Notes: a model not told the origin generated them from the sequence alone. A stretch of 63,985 bases of DNA, filler included, from Xylographa opegraphella (GCA_022813865.1; 3 parts of 3 records of this genome joined end to end with filler, not necessarily neighbours in it); one strand, 5' to 3'. Positions 23,118 through 37,837 are shown, counted from the whole stretch's first letter. Numbers and translations are program-made.

Positions 23118-24828
23118 ATGAACGATGATGTAGAAATAACCACGGGGACAGCCTCTATACCCAAGTCCCCGGCAAAAGCGCCGCGAATCGAGCATGATCC
23201 CGAAGCGGCAGCATTGCAGAAGCGGATGAGAGAGGCAGAAAAGACCTATGGAAGAGGACGCAAAATCTCAATCCACAGCGTCAAAGACAAGAAGCTACGG
23301 AGCAATCTCAAGAGCTTGGAAGACAAGTACAAAGACGCCACACTCAAGGCCAAAGATGCAGAAATACTACTCGAGAATGAGTCTGGATATCTCGAGCCGG
23401 AAGGCGAGCTTGAGAGGACATACAAGGTCCGCCAGGATCAGCTTCGGCAGGATGTTGCAATTGAGACGGCAAAGAAAGGCTTCGAACTCAAGCTCGAGGG
23501 TCTGGGACCTTACACGGCAGACTATACGAGGAACGGGAGGCACCTTCTGCTGGCGGGACGGAAAGGTCATGTTGCGACAATGGACTGGCGAGCTGGGGCC
23601 TTAGGATGCGAACTGCAACTGCAAGAGACCGTACGAGATGCAAAATGGTTACACAATAACCAGTATTTTGCTGTTGCGCAGAAGAAATATGTCTACATCT
23701 ACGACCAAGCGGGAGTGGAACTGCACTGCCTCAAGCAGCACATCGAAGTGACGAACATGCAGTTCCTACCGTATCACTTTCTCCTTGCCACTGTGGTATG
23801 TTTCTCCATCTATTTGAAACTTCGTCTGTTCTATTCAATGCTAACATCCGTAGGGCAATGCTGGATACCTCAAATACACGGATACCTCGATTGGTCGCAT
23901 GGTGATTGAATTACCGACCAAACAGGGATCGCCAACAGCGCTTGCACAGAATCCACAGAACGCGATCATCCATGTGGGACACCAGAATGGCACGGTCACC
24001 TTGTGGTCGCCGAATTCCAGCACGGCGCTTGTCAAGATACTTGCTCATCGGGGACCGGTTCGATCGATGGCGATTGACCGAGAGGGGCGGTATATGGTAT
24101 CCACCGGACAAGATCTCAAGATGGCCGTGTGGGACATTCGCACTTTCAAAGAGGTCAACAACTACTTCTTACGACAACCGGGATCCTCCGTCGCCATCAG
24201 CGATCGAAACCTGACCGCCGTGGGTTGGGGCACGCAGACGTCGGTTTGGCGGGGCCTTTTCGATAAATCGGCTACGGATCAAGAGAAGATCCAAAGCCCG
24301 TACATGGGATGGGGAGGGGAAGCCAAGAGGATCGAGAAAGTACGATGGTGCCCCTTTGAGGATATCCTGGGCATTTCACACGACCAAGGATTCTCGAGTA
24401 TCATCGTGCCCGGAGCGGGGGAACCCAACTTCGACGCGCTGGAGATCAATCCTTATGAGACGACGAAGCAACGGCAAGAAAGCGAGGTGAAGGCACTGCT
24501 GAACAAGCTCCAGCCGGAGATGATCTCCTTGAACGCCGACTACGTCGGCACGCTCGACCTCGCCTCGGCCGCGATGCGGAAGCAGGAGGCCGACCTCGAC
24601 CGCAAGCCGGCCGACCCGCTCGCGACGGTGAAGAATCGAGGCCGCGGCAAGAACAGCAGCCTGCGGAAGTACCTGCGGAAGAAGGGCAGCAAGAACATCA
24701 TCGACGAGCGGCGGCTGAAGATCGAGGAGATGCGGAAGGAGCAGAACCGGAAGGCGCGCGCGACGCTCCAGGCCAAGGAGGTGGAACTCGGGCCGGCGCT
24801 GGCGAGGTTTGCGCGGCAAAGCAGGTGA
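23118..24828 (+). CDS. UTP7: U3 snoRNA-associated WD40 protein Utp7 (BING4/WDR46); exons 23118-23795 and 23854-24828
   Basis: YTRNGRHLLLAGRKGHVA, FAVAQKKYVYIYD, FLPYHFLLAT, and the BING4CT motif CPFEDILGISH..IIVPGAGEPNFDALEINPYET. GTATGT..CTAAC..TAG intron. Confidence 0.95.
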
Positions 24829-26157
24829 GGTGAGGGCGTTTGCCTGCCAAGGCCTCGCACCCCCCACGGCCCTCGCCTCACATGCACGAGATCCCATCGC
24901 GCAACTCGCATGGCCGTCGAACCTGAACCCGGGCCGGAGCAGTCGCACCGGTACGTTTCCTGGGGACCAATCAATGCCGTGCCATGCTCCCTTCCTGCCA
25001 TCCATGTGTCGTGGCATCCTGATCCGGCACGGTCGAGTCACCCGGTCTCTGTCGGCCACGATATTCATCTACCTTACCTCTCAGGTCGTGCAGGCTGTCG
25101 TTGTCCATCCGGAGCGACGATGGCACTCTCCCTCTGTCCTTCCACCCGTACGGCCACGGGTGATTCTGGCCAACTGCCGCTTGTGCTTGTGCTTGTGTTA
25201 CCCCTCTTCTCTCGAGCCTGTTTTGACGCTCGGGGGGCGCGAATGCTTGGCGGACATGCGGAGCGCGCCCCTGGCTGTGGCTGGGCCTTCCAAGATGAAC
25301 GTAGCGTGTGTGGATCAAGTAACCTTTTCTCCCCAACCCAGTCCAGGGCCATCTCGGTAAGCCGATCGACGTCCATCCCCAGATCGTGGCAGAGCCACCA
25401 ATCATCGGAGATTGGACCGTCTGCCGATCCTGGTCGTGGCTGTCACGTTGCTTGGTTCCCGCCGCTAGGGATGCAGGGTCAGGAATAGGGGCTTGTTTTA
25501 GGGGCTGTTTAGGGGCTGGTTGGAGGCGTGGGGATCCAGAGCCAACTGCGCGATCCCGGTCGTCGTCCTTGAGAATCGGGACCCTGCAGTTGGGACTTGC
25601 ATGTGCGCGAAAAGTTCGATGCGAGCGGGAGAGAAAGAACAAGACGCTGCTCATGCACTTGTCTACCGATGCTCAATTGTGATCGAGATGACTATGATCA
25701 AGCGTAGTAAAATCATGAATCATGCATCTCTTATGGGAAGGTACCTTACCTTAGTTGGTGGGCAGTACTAGAGAACGGCAACAGAGTGAGTGGGAGTCGG
25801 GGACCTTATAAACACCGTAGACATGCAAACTGTACGCTTCATCTGGCTCCAGTCTCCTTCCCACTGCTAGGCTGGGTGCACCCTTTTCCGTGCCCGGGGA
25901 GGGAGTTTGTGTGTTGCTCCGTTCTCGCCTTCTCGTCCGGAAGAACTGCATTGGGAGGCGCTATTGCGCGTCTTCGCTGAGCTTCGCCCACTCCCCTTCC
26001 TCCCACAACCTCGCTGCCCACTTCTTCTCCTCCCCCATCAGTTCATTTTCTCGAATTCACCGAATCGTCTTGTCTTTGACCGAGGATTGCACCCCGACAT
26101 GCCAGTACGACCACGCCTTCAGCATCAACATCAACGCTTCGCAGCGTTCTCGCCGCC

Positions 26158-28292
26158 ATGGACCGCACCCAGATCCTCACCCCGCGAGCCATTGAGAGCC
26201 TCATCGCCGACGGCCATTACATAGTCATCCATGACGGCCAGGTCCTGCGACTGGATGGCTGGTCCGAGAAACACCCGGGCGGGAAACTGGCAATCCGACA
26301 CATGGTGGGCAGAGATGCGACCGACGAGATCAATGTGTAAGTCGGCTCACTGTCCCCGTCCCCGTCCCCGTCCCCGTCTCCGTCCTTGCCCCCCGTCTTG
26401 CTCCCCCCCCCTCTCCACCCTTGCCCGAATGAGGTAAAGGAGGTTGGGTGGAAAGGATTGGGACTAAAGATACTTTATTTGAACGACGGGTGACGAGTGA
26501 CGGTTGACGGGTCGCTCATTGAACGTTGTTTCCGACCAAAAGCTGAGACGAGCGGTCGCTGACGGTGCGCTGACGAGATGCCTCGTGCTGCAGGTACCAT
26601 TCTGCCAAGACCGTGCGATTGATGGCCGCCTTTCGGATCGGTCGGATCCAAGCACCCTGGACCAACCTCACTCCCCCAATCAGAGGCGGCGTCTTCCGCA
26701 AGTACCAGGATGAAGAGGAGAGCATCAGCAGTCGTTCCGACGACGAGGAACCACCGTTAGCCTCCGACGTGGCCTCTGTCAACTCCAGCACCACGAGTCT
26801 GGAGTTGGCCGCTGACGATGACCTTAAGCTCGACAGCGGGCCCCTCATACGCTCGACCTCGAAGACGCTGGAGTGCGACGGTTATGGGTCGGACAACAGT
26901 CACGAGGTCAATCATCGCCGGGCATTCCAGGCCAAGGCCGATATCTTCGACCCATACTCGGACCTGAAGGGCTTGACCGGTCGGCCTTTAATCAAAGATC
27001 AAACCCGGGATGCCTTCACGTTGCAGACCATGCAGGACGAGCTTCAGAGGGACCTCGAGAATTACCCCTCGCTGGATGCCGTTACGCAACGGAACATCAC
27101 GGAGAAGTATCAAGCGCTGCATCAACGTGTCAAGGACGAGGGTTACTACGACTGCCGATACATCGAGTACGGCAAGGAGTTTGTTCGATATACCCTGTTG
27201 TTCGTGCTCTTCTTGGTCTGCCTGCGAGCAGAGTGGTATATGACGTCCGCCGTATTTCTTGCGCTGTTCTGGGTGGGCACAATCCTACATGCTGAACCAT
27301 GACTACGGACTGACGAAAAACAGCAACAAACTATGTTCACCGCACACGACGCTGGTCATCGTGGAATTACCCATAATTTCGTCATCGACACCCTGGTTGG
27401 TCTTTTTATTGCCGACTTTTGTTGTGGTCTTTCACTTGGGTGGTGGAAGAGCAGCCACAACGTCCATCATCTTGTCACGAATAGCCCTGTAAGCTTCAAC
27501 ATCGCCCAGCATCGAAGACCTGACTTTGGTACTAATCCGTCACAGGAGCACGACCCCGACATCCAGAATTGCCCCATGTTCGTCACCGGTCCCACTTTCT
27601 TCAAGTCGGTCCGTTCCAGCTACTACGACTTTACGTTTGCCTGGACTGCCGCCGCCGACTTTTTGGTCCGGTATCAGCAATATACCTACTACCCCACCAT
27701 GTTCATCGCCCGCTTCAACCTCTACCTTCTCTCCTGGCTGCATCTCTTGTCTCCACGCTCGCAGAACCTCGGCTCCGCGTCGTGGACCCGTTCGGCCGAA
27801 ATCGGGTTCATGCTCTGCTACTGGTACCTCTTCGGCTACCTCCTCCTCTGGCGTAGTATTCCCACCTGGACACTCCGGGTCGCATTCGTCCTCGTCAGCC
27901 ACGTCCTCACCTTCCCGCTCCACGTCCAAATCACCCTCTCCCATTGGGCCACCTCGACGGCCGACCTGGGCGACGCAGAGTCCTTCCCTCAGCGCCAGCT
28001 CCGCACCACCATGGATGTGGACTGCCCCACCTGGCTCGACTTCGTTCACGGCGGTCTGCAATTCCAGGCCGTGCATCATCTCTTCCCTCGAGTGCCGCGA
28101 CACAACCTGCGCAAACTGCAGACGCTCGTGAAGCAGTTCTGCACCGAGACGGGCATCGAGTACAAGATCCTGGGCTTTGTCGACGGCAACAAGGAGGTCC
28201 TCTCGCGGCTGGGCGAGGTGGGCAAGCAGGTGGAGATGCTGGTGCAGTGCCAGAAATACATGGCCGAGACGGGCGAGAGTGGTCTGCACTGA
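26158..28292 (+). CDS. SLD1: Cytochrome b5-fused sphingolipid delta-8 desaturase; exons 26158-26336, 26594-27272, 27324-27488, 27546-28292
   Basis: Cytochrome b5 motif HPGG..GRDATDE; His boxes HDAGH, HNVHH and QAVHH (front-end desaturase type); three GT-AG introns keep the frame. Confidence 0.9.
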
Positions 28293-28935
28293 ATCAATGT
28301 CGAGTGTCGGGTGTCGGGTGTGTGCAGGAGGTGTATGATATCGAGGGCCGTCCTGCCGATGTTTTACGTCGGCTTGTAATACATCACCGACGGCTCTGTG
28401 TTGATCGTCTGTGAGCCAGCTCTTTTGGGCGCTCAGCAAAACGCGCGTTGGGCATTTTGGCCGCATGTTTACTGTTACCCGTATACTACTGTGGGAGGCT
28501 GGACATAGGGCTCGATGCTTAGATGGGGAGAGAGTAGATATATAGATGGGTGTGTAGACTGTAGCAGGGGGGGGCATAGTGTATATTCTAGCAGATTTTG
28601 TGCTTGTGATGGTTTTGTCCGTGATGCCTGATTTGCGTGGTTGTGAACTTTAAGAAGGGTGGCCATCGATTGCAGCTGTATGGCCCATGCCTGAGGCTTC
28701 TTTTGCGTGCCGCCTTGAGCAAGCAACATGAACTACCTTAGAGGATGCTGGGGGCCGCTAACGGTTCAATAACGATTATGGAACAATTACGTAATTAAAA
28801 TCGTCGATTCTTAAATTTTATTATCTGACAGTTAGGGTTTTTATCTCGATATATTCTATTTACTAAACATATTAAATGTTGAAAATCAGGGCGTTAGCAG
28901 TCTGTGTTGTTGGTCCTTTACTATAGCCGATTAGG

Positions 28936-29035
28936 NNNNNNNNNNNNNNNNNNNNNNNNNNNNNNNNNNNNNNNNNNNNTTAATTAATTAANNNNNNNNN
29001 NNNNNNNNNNNNNNNNNNNNNNNNNNNNNNNNNNN
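28936..29035. other. Artificial contig-joining linker (N-TTAATTAATTAA-N)
   Basis: 100-nt N spacer with a central palindromic TTAATTAATTAA that places stops in all six frames; an identical construct is at 57371-57470. Confidence 0.9.
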
Positions 29036-29089
29036 CGCTTTAGTCCCGTTCCGTCTATCACTTGTTAAGGTGCCATGTAACACGCCGTT

Positions 29090-31130
29090 ACAATAATAAA
29101 CTCGAAATAAAGATTTTATATTACGATATATTCTTTTGAATTTTATAATCGTATAGCGATAAAATTTATTTTTAAAAACTAAAAATAATCGAAAATAATA
29201 ATATATATTCGATTTATATTAAGTATAAAATTTAAATAATAAGTTATAAACGACAAAATATAATAAAAACGATAAAAAATAATAATTAAACGAGTTTCGA
29301 ATTTAGAATTTCAACGTTTTTTTATTATTTATAAAAAATTTTGGCTTTTTTTTTAAATTATGACATATTTTTAAATATTTAATATTACCGCCTTCGATAT
29401 TATTTTTTTAATAATTAGTTATATTTTACTGGCGCTTCGCAATTCAAATTGATCAACGAGTTTTTAATATTTTTATTTAAATAAAAATTAAATAAATTCG
29501 TTCGTAAATATTTAATTCGTAATTAATTATTTAAATTTTCAACGTTTAAACGTATATTTTTTATCGAAATTAATATTAATAAGTATTAATATATTAAAAT
29601 TTCGTTTCGAGTTTATAAATTTACTTTTAAACGATTTAAATCGTTTATGAATTATCGTAGTAAATCAGTGATTTTTAGTCAAAATTTAAACTTAATTAAT
29701 TGAAGTATATTAATTATTACATAATTTTTGTACCGACGTGGAATAGGAATAAAAACTTTACTTTAATTATAAATTTAATAATTATTTATTATTTTTTAAC
29801 TTTTTAGTTTATCATCCCATCGAATAAAAAAAGAAAATATTTTTTAAATTAATTCGATTCTTCGCGTTGTCGTCGTAAAAAAACGTTAAAAACGGCGATA
29901 AATTAATTTTAATAAACGGTAATAAATTTATTTATTTTGTTAAAATTAGACAGCGATTTTTCGTACTTAATAAATAACGAATATAATAATCGACTGCGTT
30001 AAAATATTTTTTTAATTAAATTTTAATTATTTAAAATAAATATTAATAAAAATTTTGCTACGTTCGATCGTATATTCATTGCAATAAAAATAATCGATTT
30101 TATTTTCTGCTAAAACGCCAGAATTTATTAAATACTAAATTTTTCGCCTTTATTAATCGAAAGGTTAATATTTTCGAGTAAAAAGGTAAAAGTCCTTTTT
30201 ATATTAAATTAAATAGTAAAATTATTTGCTATTTTTTAATATACTATTTTCACGAAATTTAAATAATTTTTTTAAAACAATCGTGTTGAAGGTAAATCCT
30301 TAAAAGTTAATTAAACTCGTTAAAGATTTTGAATTCATAAATTAAAATAAATTCGTTTTTAATTTACTGCGCTTTTTTCTTTTATTTTTTATAATACGTT
30401 AATATAATATTATTAACAAAAAACGAAATTTTTATTATTATAAAATCAATAATCGATATCGAGAATCGAGTATAAATTAATCGCCTTAAAAATAGCCGTA
30501 AAAAATTATTATTATAAATAAAATGTTTTTTAGGCTATATAAAGGTTTAAAAAATAATAATATAAACTTTTTACGTTCGAACTCGTTCGAGGGTTTAATA
30601 TATATATAATAAAATAATTTTAAATTTAAAAACGTATTAATTACGTTTACCTGCCAGATTTTAAAATTAAAAAAAGCAATTAAAATAATCAATATTCAAA
30701 ATATTTTTGATACGAGTGTTAAGACGTAAATTTTTTTTATCGCCTGTAAAGTTTTCTTTACGTATATACGATTTTTTCGTTTAATTAATTCGCTACATTT
30801 ATTAAATTTATTCTTAAATTTTTAGGTAAAAAATATAATTTAGTATTTACATTCGACGTCGTTAATTACGATTCATTTTAAAATACTTTAATTTAATTTT
30901 AATTTAATTTTTTTATAAAATATAATTTTTATAGCTTTTAATCTGGTTTTAATATTACGATTTCGATTTTATATATTATTCATAGTAATTTTTTAACGAT
31001 TTATTTATTAATTACTTCGCGTATATAAAAATCGCTATTATTAATTGATTTTATTATTAATTAAAGGCGATAAACGCTAATAAAATTAAATAAAAAATGT
31101 TTATTTACGTACGTTATATTAGTCGAATTC
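29090..31130 (-). mobile_element. Heavily RIP-mutated Ty1/Copia remnant (RT and RNase H)
   Basis: Minus-strand IAFFNFKIWQVNVINTFLN..IYIKPSNEF..PLYSLK matches the Copia RT QxDVxxAFLN..LYGLK motif with G>A changes; a KLETK..YINT RNase H-like segment lies near 29600. Boundaries approximate. Confidence 0.7.
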
Positions 31131-31139
31131 GACCGTTTA

Positions 31140-32702
31140 GGCTTATAAAAATCAATATTAAAAAATTTGTTTCAAAAGTTATTTTTAAAGAATTTAATAC
31201 GAAAATCAAATTAAATTAAATTATTTATTTATTAAATAATAAATATCAAGGAAAGCGACAATCAAGAAGTAAAACGTAAATTAATTATTTTCGATTGACG
31301 TTAAACTTTAATATAAATAAAAAACGACTATTTTAGATATTTAATACTTTCTACTAAATAATATATAAAATTTAATACGACTTAAGCAGAATCTTCGAGC
31401 TGGAAATTAAATCGATTTTTAAAAATAAAAATGTTAAATAAAAATATTTAAATAGTAAAAAATAGAATTAAAAAAGGGTAAAAGCTTCGAAAATTATTCG
31501 CACGAAAGATTATATAAATTCTTATTTTTTTGGAAGTATTCGATTAATTTGATAAATTATAAAACGTCGAGATAAAAAATAGTCAGGAAGTCGTTTAAAA
31601 TACGCAAAGAAATACGAGTAAAGAAATTAAAGTAATTAAAAAAATACAGCGGCAGTAAATATCAAAAAAATTAGAAAAATTAATGTTTTAAAGCAAGTAA
31701 TGATAAATAACTCGAGTTCGATACTATAAAAATTATTTAAAATTATCGTTTCTCACGTTATAATAAACGATATACTTTTTTCAAATACTTTAATTTATAA
31801 TTTAATATTTAAATTAGATAAACCTTTAATAATAACAAAAATTTATATGAAAAAGCGTTTTATTAAATACAAAATACGCGTACGGCACTGTTGTCGAATA
31901 TTTTTATTGATTATTAAATTTTTAAATTAAAATTTAAAAGTCTCGATCTTATTAAATATCGAAGCTAAAATTAATTTAATAAAAATTTTATTCAAAAATT
32001 AAACTAATTTTATAGTATCGATAATCGTTTAAAATTAATAAATATTAATAACAACAAAACGATATTAAGAATTTTTATAACAACGTGAAAATAAATTTTA
32101 ATTTACTATTTATAACTTAGTCTTTATTAATAGACGAAAAAACAAGTTAATTAATAATATTAAATATATTATACGTATTTATAAATAATCTAAAAACGTC
32201 GATAAAATAGTTATATAAAAATTAAAATAACGAATTCGAAATTGAATAAAATCGTAAAGATTTTTAATATTTAAATAAAAAAATTATTTATTAAAAAGCT
32301 ATTCTATTTATATTTTAATACGCAACTCAAATATTTAAAAAATAAATAAATTTCAAAATCGACGAAAAGATATATAAATATAAATTAAATAAATATTATG
32401 AAAAAATAATAATTCGTACTTTGATTTATTATTCGTTCGAACGAAAAATAAAAAATCGATTATTACATATAATTCAACGTATCGATTTCGACTTTTAAAT
32501 TCGTTTTAAATTAAAAATATTCGTTTATTTCGACGTCAAAATATAAAATTTAATTTATAATATAAATAGAACTTTAAAATAATTTATAAACGAAAAATCA
32601 ATATAATATAATTCGTAAATGAATTCGAAATTAAAAAAGAAAAATACTAACGAAGCGAAACTTTATATTTTATTAATTTAATTTATAATCGTTCGAATAT
32701 AT
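31140..32702 (+). mobile_element. RIP-mutated Gypsy gag/protease-region fragment, an inverted copy of the element at 32703-49670
   Basis: Reverse-complement similarity to about 39900-41045 and 46790-48150 (for example AAAAAAGGGTAAAAGCTTCGA versus TCGAAGTTTTTACCCTTTTTT). Confidence 0.7.
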
Positions 32703-35700
32703 TGTAAAGGAATTCGTAGGAAGTCCGCAGCAGTTTAATTAAATAGGCAAAAAAATAAACAAAAGAATTAAATCGAGATTGCAGTTAAATTAAGTTTTTT
32801 CTAAATAAATTTATTATTTATTCGACAAAAAGTGAAAAAAGGAAAAAATAAATTAATTACCGTTGTAACTTTACTGCTTTATTGCTATATATAAATACAT
32901 AAAAAAAGCTCGAAATCAAAAAACGCTTAAAAAAAACCCGCCTCGAATTTACTACAATCCTCCCCCTTTTTTTTATATAGCAGTGTTTTTAATGCTTTGA
33001 CTCTCGCCCGTTTTCTTTATTCCTTAATAATCCTTTTAGCTTGGCCACTCGCTTTTTTAGCGAATCGATTTTTTATATTATAACCCGTAACTTTCTTTTT
33101 TTTATCAGCGACGTTAATCGTATATAAATTTATAAATTTATTATCGTTTATTTCTTAATCGCGTTTAATAATTTACGATAGTATCGAATTTATTAAAATA
33201 AACGTTCGAATGGGGAGATTTAATACGGCTAGTTAAAAAGACGAAAAATTTTAAAATTTAAAATTTTCTATTAAAAAATCCCATAAAATTTTCGATATTA
33301 TAAAGATTTTTCGTACTATTAACGGTTATTAAACTATAAAATGCTTCGAGGGTAAAAAAACTCGTTAAAAATTGCTAAAAATTGGAATTAATATTCGTTT
33401 TTGTCCTTTATTTCGCTATTTTTGTTTATAATTTATCATACCAATCGTAGGTTTCTGCGAAGTAAATACTTTATTAAAAAATTAATTTAATTTAAAATTA
33501 ACCTTTAAAGTAATAGCGGGCTTTTACTTTTTATTTAATTAATTATTAACTAATTACGTTATTGACGACTATTTATTATAAAACGTTTTTTGGTTTCGCG
33601 ATTAAATCATTCGTACTTACGTTTTTTCGACTTTAATATTCTTTTCGATCGTTTTTTATTAATTTTATAAAATCGAGCTAATATTTTCTTTAGCTAACTT
33701 GAAAAAACTGCGACTTTCTTTTATTAAATAAAAAATCGATAAATTGAAAATCGAAATTTTCTTCGATTATAGCTTTTTTCACTTTTTCGAAATAAAGCTA
33801 TGAATTTATATATTTTACTTAAAATCGTCGAGGTTTTTTACGTTGCGTTTTTTTGGCCTTTAAAGGTTGCGGTATTATTAGATAAAATGATTATTTTATT
33901 AAACGAGGTCGCAATAACCTTGCTAAACGAAACAATAAATTTAAACACTAAAATTATGATTAATTTATTTTTACTAATTTTTTTTATTTTTATTTAAATA
34001 TTTCTACTTTCTGCGCCGTATTTGCATTTAATAACTATTGCTTTTTTACAGTAATTTTAAATGTTTTCAAATCGATTTCGTATTATTTTTATACAATTCG
34101 CGGCTAATCTCGCTAAATTTTATAATATACTTTATTTTTACTTTTTAAAGTTTATTTCGTTTTTCGCCTAATTAGAGATATATTTTAGCGTAAATTTTCG
34201 TAAGGGCGCGCCGGATAAACTTATTCTTCGAATATAAATTAACGTAAAATTTTAATTTTATTAAAAATATTTTTTTAAATTTATAATATTTTATAGTTTT
34301 AACTCGAGTTTTGAAGTAATCGAATTTTTTATTCGTATTTTTTTATTTGAAAACAACAGTTCGTCGAGCTTTTATTTTATAACTTCGAATAATAATTTAT
34401 TAATTAACGATTTTTATCGTTTTAAATATTTTTTAGTTTTAGCGCTATATTTATCGTATTTTTTTAAACAGTTTTTCGTCTTTTTTTTAAAATATGCGAC
34501 TCGCTAAAAATATTGACCTTATTATAAAAAACTTTTTCGTCGCTGCCGCTAAAAATTTTCGAAAAAAATTTATTTACGTTTATTTTATTATAGTTTTATA
34601 ATTTCTTTCGTCATCTATTTTTATATTTACGATAAATATTTAAATTATCGATCTTCGAGCAGTATTTAAAGTATAAAATCAATTTAGTATAATTAAATTT
34701 TACTTTTTATTTAACGAATTACTTCGAGAAAATAACGAACGATTGTTTAATTTTAATTTTTTCACTTGCGTTTTTCTTTATTATTTGTATTTATTTAAAA
34801 ATTACGAATTTAAAAACTTTATTTAACTTTTTTAAGTAAAACATTTTTATAATCGTAAGCTTTTTTACTCGATTTTATAAAAATATTTTAGCGCTATTCC
34901 GTACGCGTCTTAAAACTTTTGCCGTAATAATCGATTTTTTAACTTTATTCTTCACTTTATAAATTAAGTATAAATAAATAATTGTTAGAAAAATATAGGC
35001 CGCGTTTTAATATTTGGTCACAGAAATTACTATATTGCTTGCTTCGGTCTAAAACGAAAAATCCATTTTTAATTCGACTATTTTTTTTTAATATTTTTAC
35101 GTTGTTTTTCTTTTATTTTTGCTCGATCCGGGCTTTATTCTGACTATTTTTTAATATAAAATTTTATATATTTTGACCGCGGCGAAGCTTGCTTTCTATT
35201 TAGCTCGGTATTTTGTATAAATTTCGTTTTAATATTTTTATATTTATTTCTTTTCGACTATTTAAATTATTTAAAAATAAATTTAATCAACACCCTTTTT
35301 AATCTTACGTAATTAATTTTAAATTTCTATCTAAATTTCGTATATTTTATATTTTTCCAGAAATTCGAAATGCGTTAAAACTTTCGTAGATATCTCGAAA
35401 TAACCGTTTTATAAAGTTTATTTTATTTTTGCGATCGTCGGGTTTTTTCCTTTTAATATTTTAATATTTTTATTAAATAGCTATCGAAGATTTATTTTAA
35501 AGCGATAAATTTCAAAAAAAAATAACGAAATAAAATAAACTTGGTTTTTACTAAAAGCTGGCACGACGATAATACCATTACTGTAATAAAAAAATCTGTT
35601 TTACAGAACGAAAAAATAGTAATTATAAAAAAAATATAAACGATCGTTATTATAATAACAAAAATATTAAAGCTATAAAGTCGAATATAGTGTAAATTAT

Positions 35701-37837
35701 TATTAACGTAAAGGGTTCGATATCGTAAAAAAAGAATATTATTATAATAATAAAAACGATATCGTCGTTGTAACGAAATTATTATTATTATAAATTAAAT
35801 AGGGTCGTAGTCGAAAAAAATTAATATTTTAGATACGTTAACGTTAATACCGTCGTTAATACAGTAGAAATTGCTGTCGTAAATATAAAAAAAATTGCTA
35901 TTATAAATATAGAAGAAATTGCTACAATAGCGAAAATAAATTTATTAAAATAATATCATTTGAGTATAAAATTTCTCGTTTTCGTTAACTATTTTCATTC
36001 AAAGGCACAGTTTTTACGCATAAAATAAAAAAACAAACAAAATTTAATAAAATCATTGATATAATCGCTAGCGTAGCTATTTATACGCTTTTCCCTCGTT
36101 TTTGTTAATTTTAATAAAAAAAATACTTTTTCAAATAAAGAATAACGCGGCCTTCGGCGCTTTTATTTATTTATTTTTTATTTTCGCTGTATTTCGATAT
36201 ATATTTACTTTCGCCCTTATTAAACCCTAATTTTTATTTTTCGTTCAACGAAAATTTCGAACTTTAAATTTTATTTCGAATTAAAGTTATCATCGTTAAA
36301 ATTATTCGAATTGTAATTATTTTCGAGGTTTTAACTGCTATTTTTACGTCGCATTAGCGAAATAATTATTTTAAAATTCGAGAATTCGTTTTTATCGTCG
36401 ATTTTAATTTTACTAAAATACTATTTATAAAATTCGCCAGAATTATTATATATTTTTTTACTGCTTTGTTTTTTCGCTTAATATACAATTTTAGTTTTCT
36501 TCCAGAGACGGTATCGAACCTTTTTATATTATTTAATTTTTATAAAAGATATAATTCCTTAATAAAACCCGTTTCAATAATTCGATACGAGCCTTGCTAT
36601 TAAAAATTAAACTTTCGATTTAATAAATAATCGTTTTCATGTTTAATATCATATAGGAAAACCAAGTTATCCGTTTTATATTTTGTCCCTGGTATTTTTA
36701 TTAACGTTACAGTATTCTTTAATTTAATCCTTTATTTTTTAAGCATTCAGATTATCTTTTTTACATTCAGTTTTTTTATAATAGTTATAAGGCTTTTAGC
36801 GCGAACAGGTCGATTATATTTTAAATTTAATTTAATATAAATTAATTCAACTAAATATCTTAACCTCGATCGGCAATATATATATTTTTTTATCAATAAA
36901 TTAAAATAAAATTATATTGATACTTTAATAAATATTAATTTAATTAGTTTATAAATTTAAATATAATAATTTTAATTTCAATTATATATTTATTCTTCAA
37001 TATATTAGCTTCGCTAGCCTATTTATAATTAATTTATACTTTTTTTATTATGCCGTTCGCGCTCGAATTGTATAAAAAGGTTTATAATCGGTTAATTTTA
37101 TATAATTTTAGCAGTATTTTAATATATTTATTATTTTTAATTTTTTTATTTAAAATTATTCATTTTAAAAATCGGTGGCGAGTAATAACGTTTTTTTACA
37201 CAAATCGAGTAATCGCTTTAAAATGTACGTTTTTAAAAGCTTCAATTTTATTTAAATTTTTTTAATTTAATAAACTTTCCCGGGCGATTGTTACATAATT
37301 CAACTTTTTTTTCGCGGTATTTTAACTACGTTTACGGCTATTTTTTCGAATAATAATTAATTATACGTAATGAAAATTATATTTAATTTTAATCGTAAAA
37401 ACTTTCGCTAATAATTTTTATAAAATTTACAGTAAATCTCGCAATTTTTATACAATTTTTTAAATTAATATATAACGATTACCTTTTAATATATAATTTT
37501 TATACCTTTATATACTTCGCTTATATTATATTAACTAAGGATGATCTTCTGCTAATTTTTTATTTATTTATTATTTATTGTAAAAATATATTTTCACTGC
37601 CCCGTCGAAATAACTCTCTATTTTCTATGAGATATTTCAAGACTTTCGCTTTAAATTTCGTTTACCAACGACTTTTATATTAAATCGGCTTTTTCAACGA
37701 TAATAGCTATATAGTATATTTTTTATAAATTTTCAAATATTTAAAATTCGAATTTAAAATAGTGATTTATAGTCCCTAATTGTCGCTCTTTTTTTATATT
37801 TTTTTTTAGTAACCGCCACGATTAAACCTAAAGAATA

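Noticed and set aside
24376..25771. Several overlapping 100-230 aa ORFs between UTP7 and SLD1
   Set aside because: GC-rich shadow ORFs, antisense to or downstream of UTP7, with no recognisable domains.
26352..26385. (GTCCCC)n repeat as a CRISPR- or telomere-like array
   Set aside because: A simple hexamer microsatellite inside SLD1 intron 1, with no spacers and not TTAGGG.
27540..28577. 345-aa minus-strand ORF
   Set aside because: Antisense shadow of the high-GC3 SLD1 exon.
28980..28991. TTAATTAATTAA palindrome as a biological site
   Set aside because: Centred in fixed-length N runs twice, so it is an assembly linker.
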